From Octopus sinensis (lineage: Eukaryota), in NCBI RefSeq assembly GCF_006345805.1, contig NC_043016.1, positions 124,001 to 188,000 on the forward strand: 64,000 nt of DNA. Reading direction: 5' to 3'. Below the pieces are notes generated by a model. The model was not told where the DNA came from. It ran no database searches and saw only the letters and a list, made by a program, of their open reading frames with translations. The translations under genes and the position numbers were made by a program. Of this stretch, positions 12,903 to 27,084 are shown piece after piece. Position 1 is the stretch's first letter; the number at the start of each line of letters is the position of its first letter.

Positions 12903-13079
12903 GTCTGTTGCCGTGCTTACATTCATTTATTCTCTTAGTATATTAGATGTTCGGGTTAACGTAATTATCTGATAAAATATTCAGCGTCACCGCTTCCCGT
13001 ACTTCTGGAATAAAATAAGACAATTTTTTAAAGTTAATATCTAACCAGTTAGATGGGAATTAGTAAAATTGGTAAACAA

Positions 13080-13530
13080 GTTAGAGGTTTTAATTTTTGG
13101 CACAAGAACAGTAATTGCGGGATGGGTGTAAGCCGATTGCATCGACCCCAGTACTTGACTGGTACTTATTTTATCGATCCCAAAAGAATGAAAGATAAAG
13201 TCAACCTGGGTGATATTGAACTCAAAATGAAAAGCCGAACAAAGTGCGTAAAGCGTTTTGTCGGATGTGCTAACGATTCTACCAGCTCGCCACTCTAAAG
13301 TTGGTAAATAAGATAGTAGTTTCAAACTTTGGAAAAAAGCCACTAATTTCGGTGGTAGATCTAAGTCATATCGACCCCAGTACTCAATTGGTACTTGTTT
13401 TATCGACCTCGAAAGGACAAAAGCTAATGTCGGCATCGGCGACATTTGAACCCGTAACGTAAACACGGACGAATTACCGCTAAGCATTTTGTCAGGGGTG
13501 CTAATGATTCTACTAGCTTGCCACCCTAAT
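13080..13530 (-). mobile_element. Degenerate family B-like SINE fragments
   Basis: ATCGACCCCAG..CTGGTACT..TTATCGA..CC.AAAG motifs twice. Confidence 0.6.
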
Positions 13531-15149
13531 TGGTTAACAAGATATTGGCTGTTAGCTTTAGGGTCAGCAAAGAGTTTAACTTAGAACATACATGTTAAAA
13601 AATTTTTTTTCCAGATTTTTTTATGTTTTTAGTTTTCCCACGCAACTAAAATCCGTCAGGTGCTTTCAGAAGATTTAATAAATCTCGTTAAAAGCTATTT
13701 GGCAACGTGTCGTGTGCACCAATTATTTTAAACATAAATTGGAAATTCTAGTTATTCCAGGTAAAAATCCATTTACTGGAGATAATAAATTGCATAAACA
13801 ACTTCGTGTTTCTATTTTATATACTTATTAATCATTAACATCATCTTTATACGATTTCTATGGTTTCTTCCGTCAAATTTCAGTGTCTTTATTTTTAGGC
13901 GATGATTTAACTCAACATTTCTTTATAATAACAGGTTTACAATTTGTTTTGCTGTTCCTTTCTAACTTTATTGATTTCCCTTTGTGTATATGCAGGAATA
14001 TATGTGCGTAAGGCTGTTGTAGTTATACTCGTCGGTGTGTATATACATAAGTACAAACGCAAACACACATACACACACATATGTATATGCGTAAATATGT
14101 ATTCATGAATACATATGTCCGATTATGTGTGTCTGTGTATCTGTGTATTGTATGTGTGTGTTGTGTGTGTATATATACTATATATATAATATATATATAT
14201 ACACTCTCAGACACACATGTGTCTGAGAGTATACATGTGTACATATATAAGTATATATGTACACACACATATATATGTATAAATATATTTATGTGTGTGT
14301 GTGTGTGTATGAGTGTGTGTGTGTGTATGAGTGTGTGTGGATAAGTGTGTGTGCGTGTGTGTGCAGTTGTGTGTGTGAAACGTGTTGGTAATAGGCTGTT
14401 ATTCTTCCTTTTTTTCCTCCTTTTTATTAATTGTTGTTTAGTTTCCAAGCTTAATAAACCTGTTATATTCATTATCTTTCTTCCTTTTTTTTTCCGACAG
14501 AACGAAACACCTGTTCTTACCCAATGACACGGTGACTGCATTTAAAGGAATGCCTGGGCAAAGGAGTTAATAGATGTTTTTTTTTTTTTACCTGGGATCT
14601 TGAAAAAGGCAAAAAAAAAAAAGAAAAAAAGTTGAAAGAAATACACGTTATTCGCTGAGTTGACAAGAATGATAATCTCTTCTTTATTGGTTGCAATGAA
14701 GTGGATAGGGTTTCACACATACATGCAAAACCTTCTTTATACGAAAAGGCTGCAAAGAAAAAATAAAATCTCGTTGTAGAAATACAATAAAATAGAGGAG
14801 GAGCACAAACGTAAAAGAACATAAATAACAGATTAAATCTGTTTTTAACAATATATAGCAAACACAAGCACGTATGATGAAGAATGAACTGTTACATATA
14901 AAAATCAATCACACCCCGATGTGCCGGTTGTTTTGCACTCTGTTAGCTACCCGTCCCCTAGTGCACTTGAAGCGTAAACAAATCCTCGGTGCTCTCGCAC
15001 GTTCAAATTCACCCCGAGGAGTCAAATTAACATCAGATTTCTAATTGTAGAGCACTTGCATCTCAACTTTCGGTTTTTTTCCTCCTGGACTTGGTCGCAG
15101 AGATATATTCCTCAACCGTTTTACTTGATTCTACCAAACAATCTCTTTC

Positions 15150-15720
15150 ATCATAAATACTTGGCACTCCGCCAGTTACTATGATGAGTGTTCCAGGTGA
15201 TCTGATCAATGGAAGAGTCTGCTTATGATATTAATGTACAAGTAAGGCGGCGAGCTGGCAGAAACGTTAGCGCGCCGGGCGAAATGCGTAGCTGTATTTC
15301 GTCTGCCGTTACGTTCTGAGTTCAAATTTGCCTTTCATCCTTTCGGGGTCGATAAATTAAGTACCAGTTACGCACTGGTGTCGATGTATCGACATAATCC
15401 GTTTGTCTGTTCTTGTTTGTCCCCTCTATATTTAGCCCCTTGTGGGTAATAAAGAAACATATTAATGTTCAAGTGGCTGTGCACTCCACAGACACGCGTT
15501 CCCTTAACGTAGTTCTCAGGGAGATTCAGCGTGACACAGAGGGTGACAAGGCTGACCCTTTGAAATACAGGTACTACTTATTTTTGCCAGCTGAGTGGAG
15601 CAACGTCAAATAAACAGACTGCCTTGCTCAAGAACATAAGCACTGTCGGGAATCGAACTCATGACGTTATGCTTATGAACCAATTACACTAACCACTAAG
15701 TGACTCGTCTACATTGGCAT
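15150..15720 (-). mobile_element. tRNA-derived SINE, family E, interrupted by a family B SINE
   Basis: Minus head with GAGTTCGATTCCC B box and TGTTCTTGAGCAAG body; split at 15244-15458. Confidence 0.7.
15244..15458 (+). mobile_element. SINE family B with 16-bp TSD
   Basis: ATATTAATGT(A/T)CAAGT at 15228-15243 and 15459-15474. Confidence 0.88.
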
Positions 15721-15963
15721 ACCACACAACGGAAAAAACACCCTTTGTTTTCCTCGACAGATAACTCGGTTGGAGCTAAATCTGTCTTGCACTCAATAAG
15801 TAGTTGGATGTAGTTCCATATAGCACTAAAATGCATGCGACCTGAAAGGTGTCCAGAGAATCGTTTTCTTGTACCACTGACAGGTTTGATTCGCAGTGTT
15901 CTGAGCTGGTAATTCTCATGGAGCATTGTCAGGTCAAAGATTTCAGCAAGTTGTCCATACACC

Positions 15964-16572
15964 TATTTCTTTACTACCCACAAGGAAGGACAAACAAGGA
16001 CAGACAAACAGATTAAGTCGATTATATCGACCCCAGTGCGTGACTGGTACTTATTCTATCGACCCCGAAAGGATGAAAGGCAAAGTTGACCTCGGTGAAA
16101 TTTGAATTCAGAACGTAACGGCAGACGAAATACCTATTTCTTTACTACCCACAATGGGTGAAACAGAGAGAGGAAAAACAAGGACAGACAAACGGATTAA
16201 GTCGATCATATCGACCCCAGTGCGTAACTGGTACTTAATTTATCGACCCCGAAAGGATGAAAGGCAAAGTTGACCTCGGTGAAATTTGAATTCAGAACGT
16301 AACGGCAGACGAAATACCTATTTCTTTACTACCCACAATGGGTGAAACAGAGAGAGGAAAAACAAGGACAGACAAACGGATTAAGTCGATCATATCGACC
16401 CCAGTGCGTAACTGGTACTTAATTTATCGACCCCGAAAGGATGAAAGGCAAAGTTGACCTCGGTGAAATTTGAATTCAGAACGTAACGGCAGACGAAATA
16501 CCTATCCCTTTACTACCCACAGACGAAATACCGCTAAGCATTTCGCCTGGCGTGCTGACGCCTCTGCCAGCT
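15964..16572 (-). mobile_element. SINE family B multimer with 19-bp TSD
   Basis: Bodies of 171, 184 and 184 bp plus head; AGCAAGTTGTCCATACACC at 15945-15963 and 16573-16591. Confidence 0.9.
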
Positions 16573-17214
16573 AGCAAGTTGTCCATACACCACCGGCGGA
16601 AAGTCTTGCGAAAGCCAAATACCTTGCTGGCTATCATAAATGACACTGAAAATGTTGTCGATCACAGCAGCAGCTACCAACCGTCTACAGAATGCTTTCG
16701 ATCCCGTACAATGAACCTTTGGCCGAGGACAATGAACCTTGACCAATATAAGGTATCAGGCGCTCAACATTAATCTTTGCTTGGTTCTGCACTTGTTCTA
16801 TGTCTGTTAAGGACATACGTTGTAGTAAATTGTGCTTCGCTAGCAGTTAGTACATTGACATGTCGTGTGGAAATCTTGATAATTTGCAAACGCGATGTAA
16901 CGAAAACTTGGTGCAAATTGTATTGGCAGCAGATTGCCGCCGATACTACGATAAGAGGTAAAAGACCCTTTACACTAAACTCACTTTAGATTAAACATAA
17001 GGCAATGCATGTGATGGACAGGTAGTTACATATATATATATATATAATCTACCAAATATATACGTTTTTATTATTATTTTGCAATTTACTTAATCATCGG
17101 TATATTATTGTTATTTTAATGTTAATATTTCTATTATATGTAATCTTCTAGATGGTGTAATTCAATTGTTCATTTTGAATTGATAAAGGGTGTTTTTTTC
17201 TAATTCTTATATAT

Positions 17215-17460
17215 ATATATAAGTTATATTTTGTGAAATTTGATTTAGTATTTCTAAATGGAATTTTTCCCTGTAAGTTAGGAATAATATTCCCTCAAAT
17301 AATTATTATATATATATACATATTATATTAAATTAGAGATAAAACCACTATTAGGCAAATCAAACAGTGAAAAACATAAGCCAATACATAAAATTAATTT
17401 AAAAATATAAAAGTTAAAAATTAAAAATTTATTTAAATAATTTAAACTTATAAATTTTAA
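17215..17460. repeat. AT-rich interspersed repeat fragments, possibly Penelope-like
   Basis: Shares GAGA(T/C)AAAACCACTATT with 20475-20780 and 33590-33880, and GAATTTTTCCCTGTAAG with 20740; next to (TA)n. Confidence 0.5.
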
Positions 17461-17499
17461 ATATATTTATCTTTTATTAAACTTTTAATATATATATAT

Positions 17500-17535
<36 letters not shown>

Positions 17536-17924
17536 ATAATATATATCTATATTATATATATTATATATATATATATTATCAGAGATCATGTAACCGTTCA
17601 CCACCTTTGCTCCATCTTTGAAGATTGTATTTATCCCATTTTCAGGTGAAGCAATCTACCAAAATCCTATCCCTCGTTTCCAGTTTATTATTCATCTAGA
17701 TACTAATTACAAAATAAGCAATAATCTGCTGTTACTGAATCGTCAGTCCAGTGATAGGCGGCAGTATGCTGGTGAGCATTCACCATTATCCCCAAGTGAC
17801 ACATTGCAAGCTAATTGTCTTCTTGCTGGATATTTGTTGTTGTAGCGGCATACCCCGTCAGTGTAGCGTCAGCCAACACAGTACCTGCTATACACAACAC
17901 ATTGATGATGTATATCTGTTTGTT

Positions 17925-18090
17925 TATTGCCCTCCAGGGGCTAAACACAGAGGGAACAAACAAGGACAGACAGACGGATTAAGTCGATTACATCGACCCC
18001 AGTGCGTAACTGGTACTTAATTTATCGACACCGAAAGGATGAAAGACAAAGTCGACCTCAGGCAGAATTTGAACTCAGAACGTAACGGCA
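17925..18090 (-). mobile_element. SINE family B (partial)
   Basis: Reverse-complement family B body. Confidence 0.8.
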
Positions 18091-18384
18091 TCAGTGATTC
18101 TCAGCCGGTGTCTATATGGTCCCTGTGAACCCGGACCACGTGTTTGAGAAGTAAACTTCTTACCATTCATCCATTCCTGCGCCCATGTCACGATATTTTA
18201 TATAGTTGGTAGCAGAGTTTTATTCTAAGACTACAACTCGATTACCAACTAATGAACTCATTATTTCCATATATTGTTTAATGCAGAGACAGAGCCACAT
18301 TGTCTCATTCCACAAACGGTATTTTGACTCCATATTGCTTTTATCTATTACAGCCAGCCATCTTTTCGTTCTCTGGCGTAATGT

Positions 18385-18416
<32 letters not shown>

Positions 18417-18480
18417 AAACATAAAGCAAGTTATGAGATGCACAGGTAGTTATGTATATATCAGAGATGATGTAATCGTT

Positions 18481-19055
<575 letters not shown>

Positions 19056-19850
19056 TTATGTATGTAAGTAAATATTTCATTTCCCTACTTGTTGCCCTTG
19101 TTGTACCAAGTATTATTGTTGCAGTCGTTATAATACATGATCTTTATTTGTTTTGTTTAAATTCTTTCCATTTTGCACATATATATATTTTCCGTCCTTC
19201 TGTCATCCATACAAGCTTTTTGTTATTGCTATTTTCGTCCCCTCTGATTGATAACACACATCTTCATTTTAAGCAAATTATTTTACACTGTATTAGAATT
19301 TCTTTCACATTCATCTTCGTGATTCTTAATATTGTTATTCGAAACCACACCGCAGAACTGTAACAGCCGTTATCTTGTTGTACAATTTCAATGTTGAATA
19401 ACCCCCTACGCATTTCCTAAATCTACATCGTTTTATTTAATTATTTCAAATTTTTTTTTATTTTTATTCTATTCACCCACGACCAACCGACCGACCAGCC
19501 GACAGATCATGCGGCTGCTAAGTTCATTAATCTGCTTACTGTATTCGCTAAAACTCTTCAAAACTAGATAGGACACGACCATTCTTCTTGTCTTGCGTAC
19601 GTGTATGTTGTGCGGCGAGTGTGTGTATTTCTTTTCATTTATTTATTTATTCGTTCACTTGTTTTGCCTAACCTCGTCACGTTAGAAGTAAATTCAAATT
19701 CATCTTCTTATCTTCATTTTGATAGCCCAGTTTCATATGTGTGGTGTGTGTGTGTGTGGTATAGGTATATGTTTATATGTATATATATTATATATATAAG
19801 ACACACACATAGTTTTATACATCTGTATGTATGCATATATATATATATAC

Positions 19851-19887
<37 letters not shown>

Positions 19888-19967
19888 AATATATATATAT
19901 CTATATATATATAAGGGCAAGCAACACGTTGCTTTAGCCACACACAAACACACACATACATACATAC

Positions 19968-20023
<56 letters not shown>

Positions 20024-20423
20024 ATCTTCTTTTTTTAAACCTGATACTTATTCTATCGTTCTCCTTCGCAGAACCGCTATGTTTTGGATGTAAACAAACC
20101 ATATATATATATATATATACATGTATATGTATATATGTGTGCATATATTTCTGTCCCTGTTTGTCCCTCGCCACCGCTTGACAATCGGTGTTGGTTTGTT
20201 TACGTCCATAACTTAGCGGTTCTGCGAAAGAGAACGATAGAATAAATATCAGGTTTAAAAAACAAAAGATAGTACTCACGTCGTTTCGTACGGCTAATAT
20301 TCTTCAAGGTGGCTTCCCAGCATGACCCAGTCTAATGACTGAAACATGTAAAAGAATAAAAGAACAGAAGACTATAATTTATACATGTATATATATATAT
20401 ATATATTATATTATATATATATA

Positions 20424-20466
<43 letters not shown>

Positions 20467-20474
20467 TATATAAT

Positions 20475-20780
20475 ATAAAATATGAATTAGAGATAAAACC
20501 ACTATTATGCAACTCAAACTTATTATATTATATTTATCTTTCATTTTATACTTTTTGGAAAAATATATAAATAAATAAATATAAAATTGATATATATATA
20601 TATAATATATATACTACTTTTATTTGTTATTTATGTATTGGTTTATGTCTATCACGGTTTATGTTGCATAATAGTGGTTTTATCTCCAATTCATATTTTA
20701 TAAATTTATACTGTGAAATTTGATTTAATACTAAATTGAATTTTTCCCTGTAAGTTTTAGTTATACTTCCTAATATTATA
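20475..20780. repeat. Inverted pair of Penelope-like AT-rich fragments
   Basis: 39-bp inverted repeat, 20475-20513 / 20663-20701, one mismatch. Confidence 0.55.
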
Positions 20781-21614
20781 ATTATATATATATATATATA
20801 AACTGACCACCGTAAACTGTCCGTATCACAAATTCTCTCGCTATGCATTGTTCGTTCCGGGATAAAGCGTGTACGGATATGCTGAATTGTTTAACGCGTT
20901 GAATTTGTGCTGTGAACGTTTTGCAAGTGTATTGAGCGGAGATTCTGTTGAACATATGCAACATACGGTGTTTCTGTTGCGTAGTTTAATTTTAGGCCAT
21001 ACTTGCTTAAAAGCCGTGACCAAACTGTAATTTTAGGACTATCTGAGTCTACATTACCCATATGCATCCATGTTCCAGTTTCATAACTATGTAGATTTTA
21101 TTTGAGGAAGATTTTTGTACATCTTCTGGGGAAGCGGAGGTTATCGTTCACGTAAAGTTTCTGTTTCGGCTTGAAAGAAGTAAAATGAAGGAGGGGGTGG
21201 AGTAAACGATGTAATTACGGAATACTGAAAGCACAAGATCCGCCGCTCGGAATACTACAACTGGTGTAACCTTTCAGTTTTCGTTCGTTGTCTAAGAGTT
21301 CAAAGAAATAACTCGGAAGACTTCCGAAAAGATGAGAAGACGACGTTAATTGAACATTACGAAATGGAAGGGAAGGTTGCAATTTAGGGACGAGTGGAAT
21401 GGCATTGTGACCAGCAATATTCAAGGTGTTCTGATAGCCTGATGGGGGTAGAAAATTTAAGATTTGTGGTTGTGATGAGAGGTGTAGTTCACAAATTGTG
21501 CGAGTTGGTTGAATACGTCTTGTGAAATGAATACGGTACCTAATAGAACGATATAATTCGTGAAATGTGGGCAGTACTTAAGAGAGATTTTGATTTTGAT
21601 TTTTCCAGTTTCAG

Positions 21615-21765
21615 CTAATGAGCTGTGGCCATGCTGGGGCACCGCCATTAAGGATGAAAGGCAAAGTCGACCTAAGCGGAATTTGAACTCACAACGTAAC
21701 GGCAGACGAAATACCGCAAAGCATTTTGCCCGGCGTGCTAACGCTTCTCCCAGCTCGCCGCCTTG
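21615..21765 (-). mobile_element. SINE family B (5' part)
   Basis: Reverse-complement head ending CCAGCTCGCCGCC. Confidence 0.75.
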
Positions 21766-23162
21766 ATGTATAATAAATAAAATGTGTACGATACCTAACA
21801 GCTTCATAATTAATGAAATGTTACCGAAGCAAAAGAGAGAGAGAGAGATTCAAAATACCATTCTTAATAGCTGTCTTCATTACCTTAGATATGTTAGAGG
21901 AGAAATGAAAATAACGATAGTTTTGGCAAGTTCAGAGAGCATGGTTTTGTTTTTCTTTGAGGTGTGCTTTCAAGTGTCAGGATATATCTTTGTAGGCAGA
22001 GACAGACCAAAGAGTTTGGTGACTATAGAAGCAAGTTCAGGAGAGGAACGCTTGATTGTATTGTAATTAAAGATTTTACTACCTATATTTTAATTATAGC
22101 TACTGTTTTTTATTGTTAAACCTGTCACACACATTTGGTTTATTCCTAACGGAAGAGGTATTCCCACTTTTCAAAGCTTTTTATATATCTTATCCAATTG
22201 TCACATTCAATCGTTTTTAGGAAAAGGTATTCCAGTACAGGAGGATTCGATTTTAGTCTGTGTCTATGAGGCTATCTAGAAAGCAGATTATGAAAAAAAA
22301 AAATAAGAACAATATAATAATTGTGTAACTCTATAAAATGAGGAAAATATATCGACATTTCGGGTTATTCTTCTTTGCCAGAACAGAGAGAATGAGAAAT
22401 TTCCACAATAGCTTTTTTCCTGTCTTTAGACTAAACACGAATATTGCCTCACAGTTGAAGGCTCTCAAAGCTCCGATGGCGCTACTAAAGCGGGTGGCCA
22501 TTTAAATCTATTGTCCAAGAATAGGAACGATTTTTTCCTCTAACTACCTTCCTCATAGTTTCTATGTAGCCAATGATATTGATCGATCGGAATCTAAGGC
22601 ACATAAGCTACTGGAATCAAGATTCTTGATTACTAAATGCTTAAAATATGAAACTCCAAATTCGAACATGCCCCTGCTTATTACGTAGTATTTTCTGTTC
22701 AGCAGAGCAAAGATTTAGTTGCAGACATTTTATTTATTTACTTCTTCGTGTTCTTCATTTAAAATTTTTTTTTCTCTTATTTGTGAATTAATTATTTCGA
22801 GAGAAATTAAGGGATGCAAATTTTGAAGTCTGTGACTATCAGTATAAACGTCATACTTTTAAAATATAGTGGCATATGAGCGTTTACGTCATTTAATTTT
22901 ATTGTGAACAAACGAGAGGATATTGTTTCTCTATGTTCATCCTGCTAAAACGAGCCGGAAGTATTGCCTCAAACCAACATCCATGCCTTTCCTGAAACAA
23001 CGCAGCCAATCCACCCCCTTATTTCACTGCAGCTAAAAAGATGTGTAAAATCACAGTCAATAAAAATGGGTGGGGCGGGTCAAAGATCATGTGTTAGAAA
23101 TCCTAGTCTTGCCGATTCTTATTGCATCCATAGCGAGTGAAGTGGGAGAAGAGAGACGAAGC

Positions 23163-23322
23163 AGAAGAAGAAGAAGAAGAAGAAGAAGAAGAAGAAGAAG
23201 AAGAAGAAGAAGAAGAAGAAGAAGAAGAAGAAGAAGAAGAAGGGGAAGAAGAAGAAGAAGAAGAAGGGGAAGAAGAAGAAGGGAAGAAGAAGAAGAAGGG
23301 GAAGAAGAAGAAGAAGAAGAAG
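23163..23322 (+). repeat. (GAA)n polypurine microsatellite with GGG interruptions
   Basis: Direct reading. Confidence 0.97.
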
Positions 23323-23994
23323 GGGAAGCTGTGTCATTTATTGGCGTTGTTGTTGTTGAGTTCGTTTCCTTCTCGCGTGTTTGTTGTTAATTCGTTTATT
23401 TATTGTAGTTTTTTTTGCTGGTGGTAGTTGTGATGGAAGTGGTAGTATATTTTTTGCAATTCCTCCTTTTGTTTTTTTCAGTTTCCTTGCTTTTCTCGAC
23501 TACTCCTCGTTCGCATGGTTAGAGGTTTTGGGATCGGAACACTTCTACTTGTACAGATTCGTTTATGTCCCCGTAAATTAGCGTTTCGACATAAAAGAGA
23601 CCGATAGACTAAATACCAGGCTTAAAAGAAAATAAGTACCGGAGTCAATTGATTCGATTACAAACAATGCGCTTCAAGGTGGTGCTCCAGCATGGCAACA
23701 GTCTATTGCCTCTAACAGATATCTTTTCTTTTATGTGTATGTCAGTGTTTGTGCCTTGAGGAAAGGAGACAGTGAGTGCCAATTTGCGATATCCTCCGGG
23801 TGGTAGTTTTTTATGTTGCAATCGAAATTTTCTGCTACTTCAGTTATTAATGCTAACGAAGTAGATGATGATGGTTCTTCTACGGTCTTCGCTGTTTCCA
23901 CGGTTCCTGATCCTATTCTAGGAATTCCATTGTTGTCAGTGTTGTTGTTTTTATTGTTGTACATTGTTTATGCTAGTTGCAGATGTTACAACTA

Positions 23995-24330
23995 CTTCTG
24001 TTGTTGTCGCTGTTGCTGTTGAGCGGTCCGGTCGGTCCGGAACGTGGTCCTTTGCTATTCGTAAAAACCGCAGAAGAGAGAGCATCGACGGAGGGATGAA
24101 TGCGCATCCAGGCTCAGCGGTTGCGTAGGAAGTCGGGAACAAGAAACAGGAAGAAAGAGTGAAAGAAAGTTGGGGCGATAGAGTACAACAGGGATCGCCA
24201 CCACCCCCTGCCGGAACATCGTGGAGTTTTAGGTGTTTTCGCTCAATAAATACACAACGCCCGGTCTGGGAATCGAAACCGCGATCCTCCGACCGCGAGT
24301 CCGCTGTCCTAATCACTGGGCCATTGCGCC
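23995..24330 (-). mobile_element. tRNA-derived SINE family C, tail type 1
   Basis: Minus head GGCCCAGTGATTAGGACAGCGGACTCGCGGTCGGAGGATCGCGGTTTCGATTCCC; body shared with 27085 and 54905. Confidence 0.8.
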
Positions 24331-24894
24331 CCCTGTCGCTGTTGCTCAGATGAAGTACTCTTGATTCTACGCCCGTACTTCATCTCTATAACATTATCTA
24401 GCGTAATTATGACGTTCCCTAATAAATTTATTTCACCAAATATTAACTATTAAATCAAACACTGTATTCTACACTTATATTACTACTTCATGGCGATATG
24501 AAGATCTAGCTGAGGTTACTACTCTTCCTACAACTTTGCTCCAGGCAGCTAACTTATTACTTCGGTTATTTTCCAGTTCCCATGCGTGTCACATCCTAAC
24601 ACTTACTACCGGTATCTTTTAGTGTTTCAATTTCTTCTACGACCAACGAACATAAACTCATACATATGTGCGTGAGGCTGTTTTTTTTCTTCTTATGCGT
24701 GTGAATTTAAGCCTGTATAACTATACGTGTAACTTTGTTCACCTGTCTCATTTCAAACAGTTTTTGCAGCATGATTTTTTTTTTATTTCTGTCCTTACCT
24801 TTAGGTAACTTCCGGCATACGTTTACGTGTATATATACCGTTTGTGTGTACTTACACTCACACATGCGCACACGCTCAAGCTCATGTACACACA

Positions 24895-25200
24895 TGTATG
24901 TATGTATGTATGTATGTATGTATGTATGTATGTATGTATGTATGTATGTATGTATGTATGTATGTGTATGTATGTATGTATGTATGCATGCATGCATGCA
25001 TGCATGTATGTATGTATGTATGCATGTATGTATGTATGTATGTACGCATGCATGTATGTATGTATGCATGTATGTATGTATGTATGTATGTATGTATGTA
25101 TGTATGTATGTATGTATGTATGTATGTACGCATGCATGTATGTATGTATGCATGTATGTATGTATGTATGTATGTATGTATGTATGTATGTATGTATGTA
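24895..25200 (+). repeat. (GTAT)n / (GCAT)n microsatellite
   Basis: Direct reading; similar tracts at 28760-28960 and 31223-31590. Confidence 0.97.
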
Positions 25201-25310
25201 TTCTCTTATTTGTTTCAGTCCCTAGCTGGAGCACCGCCTTAAAGGACTTTAGTCGAAGAAATCGACCCCAAGATTTATGCTTTGTAAGCCTAGAACTTAT
25301 CCGATCGGAG

Positions 25311-25353
<43 letters not shown>

Positions 25354-25504
25354 ATAGTGAGTTACTTTCATAACCCCTATCTTACTTTGTACTATATATT
25401 ATATATATATATATATATATATTATGATGCCCCAGCATGGCCGCAGTCTAATGACTGAAACAAGTAAAAGATGAAAAATAAAAGATATATCTATATCTAT
25501 ATAT

Positions 25505-25875
25505 ATATTCTGTTATTCTTTCACTTGTGTCAGTCATTTGACTGCGGCCATACTGAAGTATCGCTTTTAACCGAAGAATTCGACACCAGGACTTATTTTT
25601 TGTAAGCCTAGTACTTATTCCACTGGTCACTTTTGCCGAACCGCTACGTTATGGGGGCGTAAACACACCACCATCAGTTGTGAAGTGATGGGGGGGGGGA
25701 CAAACACAGACACACACACACACACACATACATATATGTACATATAAACTACGGGCTTCATACAGTTTCCGTCTACCAATGTACTCATAAGGCTTTGGCT
25801 GGCCCGTGCCTATAACAGAAGACACCTGCCAAAGGTTCCACGCAGTGGACTGAACCCGGAACCATTTGATTGAGA
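25505..25875 (-). mobile_element. SINE family A (diverged)
   Basis: Reverse-complement family A tail, internal (CA)n and B-box region. Confidence 0.75.
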
Positions 25876-26876
25876 ACGGTCTTCTTTCACTTTACTTCTT
25901 TTCCTTTACGACTTCGAAGTCACGTGATCAGTTTGGCGCGAAGTAGCACTGAACCTGGAGCTTTGCCGTTGGGAACCAAACTTCGTACCACACAGCCATG
26001 CATGTATATGTGTGCATGTATATATGCATATAAATTTATTTACATATGTTTATACGTGCCCCTAAAGTTATATGTATATACTGATATACTTAATATGTCT
26101 ACGTCAAAGAAGTTTGGTGGTGGGGAAGTGAACTAGTTTATTTGTTGCATACATACAAGTAACGTACTACCATCACCTTATTTTGTCCTTATTATTTTTA
26201 TATTTTCGTTTTCATTTTTCCCTTCTTTCCTCTTCCCTGTTGTTCCTCATATAAGCTTTTATTACTCATTTATCTATCTCAGCGATAAACACACCAGCTG
26301 TCGGCTCACTGGTTTCCCATTGTTGACGCTAAGCATTCATTAATGACATCATAACCTACTGCGGCCACTATAATAATTTGTGTATGTTTATAGAGAAATG
26401 AAATCACCCCCTGCCTTTTTTTTTAATGTAATCGGTGAGTAGAAGACGCCATTGATTCTAAACCGATTCTAATCTCCATTCCAGTCTTTTTATTCTTTCT
26501 ATTGCTCCATTACGGTAGCTATTTCCCACTGAGCAGTGGTATGTACCTGATGAAAAATTATATTCATAATGTTACGTAAAATGCCTTGATGTGATTTTGA
26601 AACATTTGTAGTACTTCCCTACTTTCTCCATCCCTTTAATTTATAAATTCTTTTTATCGCATTACCAACAAAATGGTTTGCTTTCGAAATGGAGTTGTAA
26701 TGGACTTCTCATAGGAATTTTTTCTTCAATCATTATATGGAACGAACTGCTTGATATATTGTTTAATGAATTTTATTGACAAATTTTGGGGTTCATCTGT
26801 ATCTCTGTTTTCTATACAATCCATGTTTATGCTTGAGATTAAACAACTGCGTTTTTCCACAATTACTCAAATTACA

Positions 26877-26943
<67 letters not shown>

Positions 26944-27084
26944 GATCGTTCAATTGTTCTGAACTGATCAACAGACCAACTCAGTAAACCTATCATCAGT
27001 AATGCACCTATAATTACTAACAGCAAACAACACACAAAGGAAAAATATGTAATGACCATTATTTATAACTTGTCTTATATGAAC

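Noticed and set aside
14400-14900. Possible splice acceptor and minus-strand polyA signal
   Set aside because: Expected by chance in poly-T/A-rich DNA; no associated coding sequence.
24270-24330. tRNA-like heads (also 6380-6475, 27085, 54905)
   Set aside because: No complete cloverleaf or acceptor stem; they continue into SINE bodies, so they are not tRNA genes.
24707-25373. Long MYVC/HTYI, YIYI, poly-N/I/E ORFs here and throughout
   Set aside because: Translations of (GTAT)n, (TA)n, (AAT)n and (GAA)n microsatellites.
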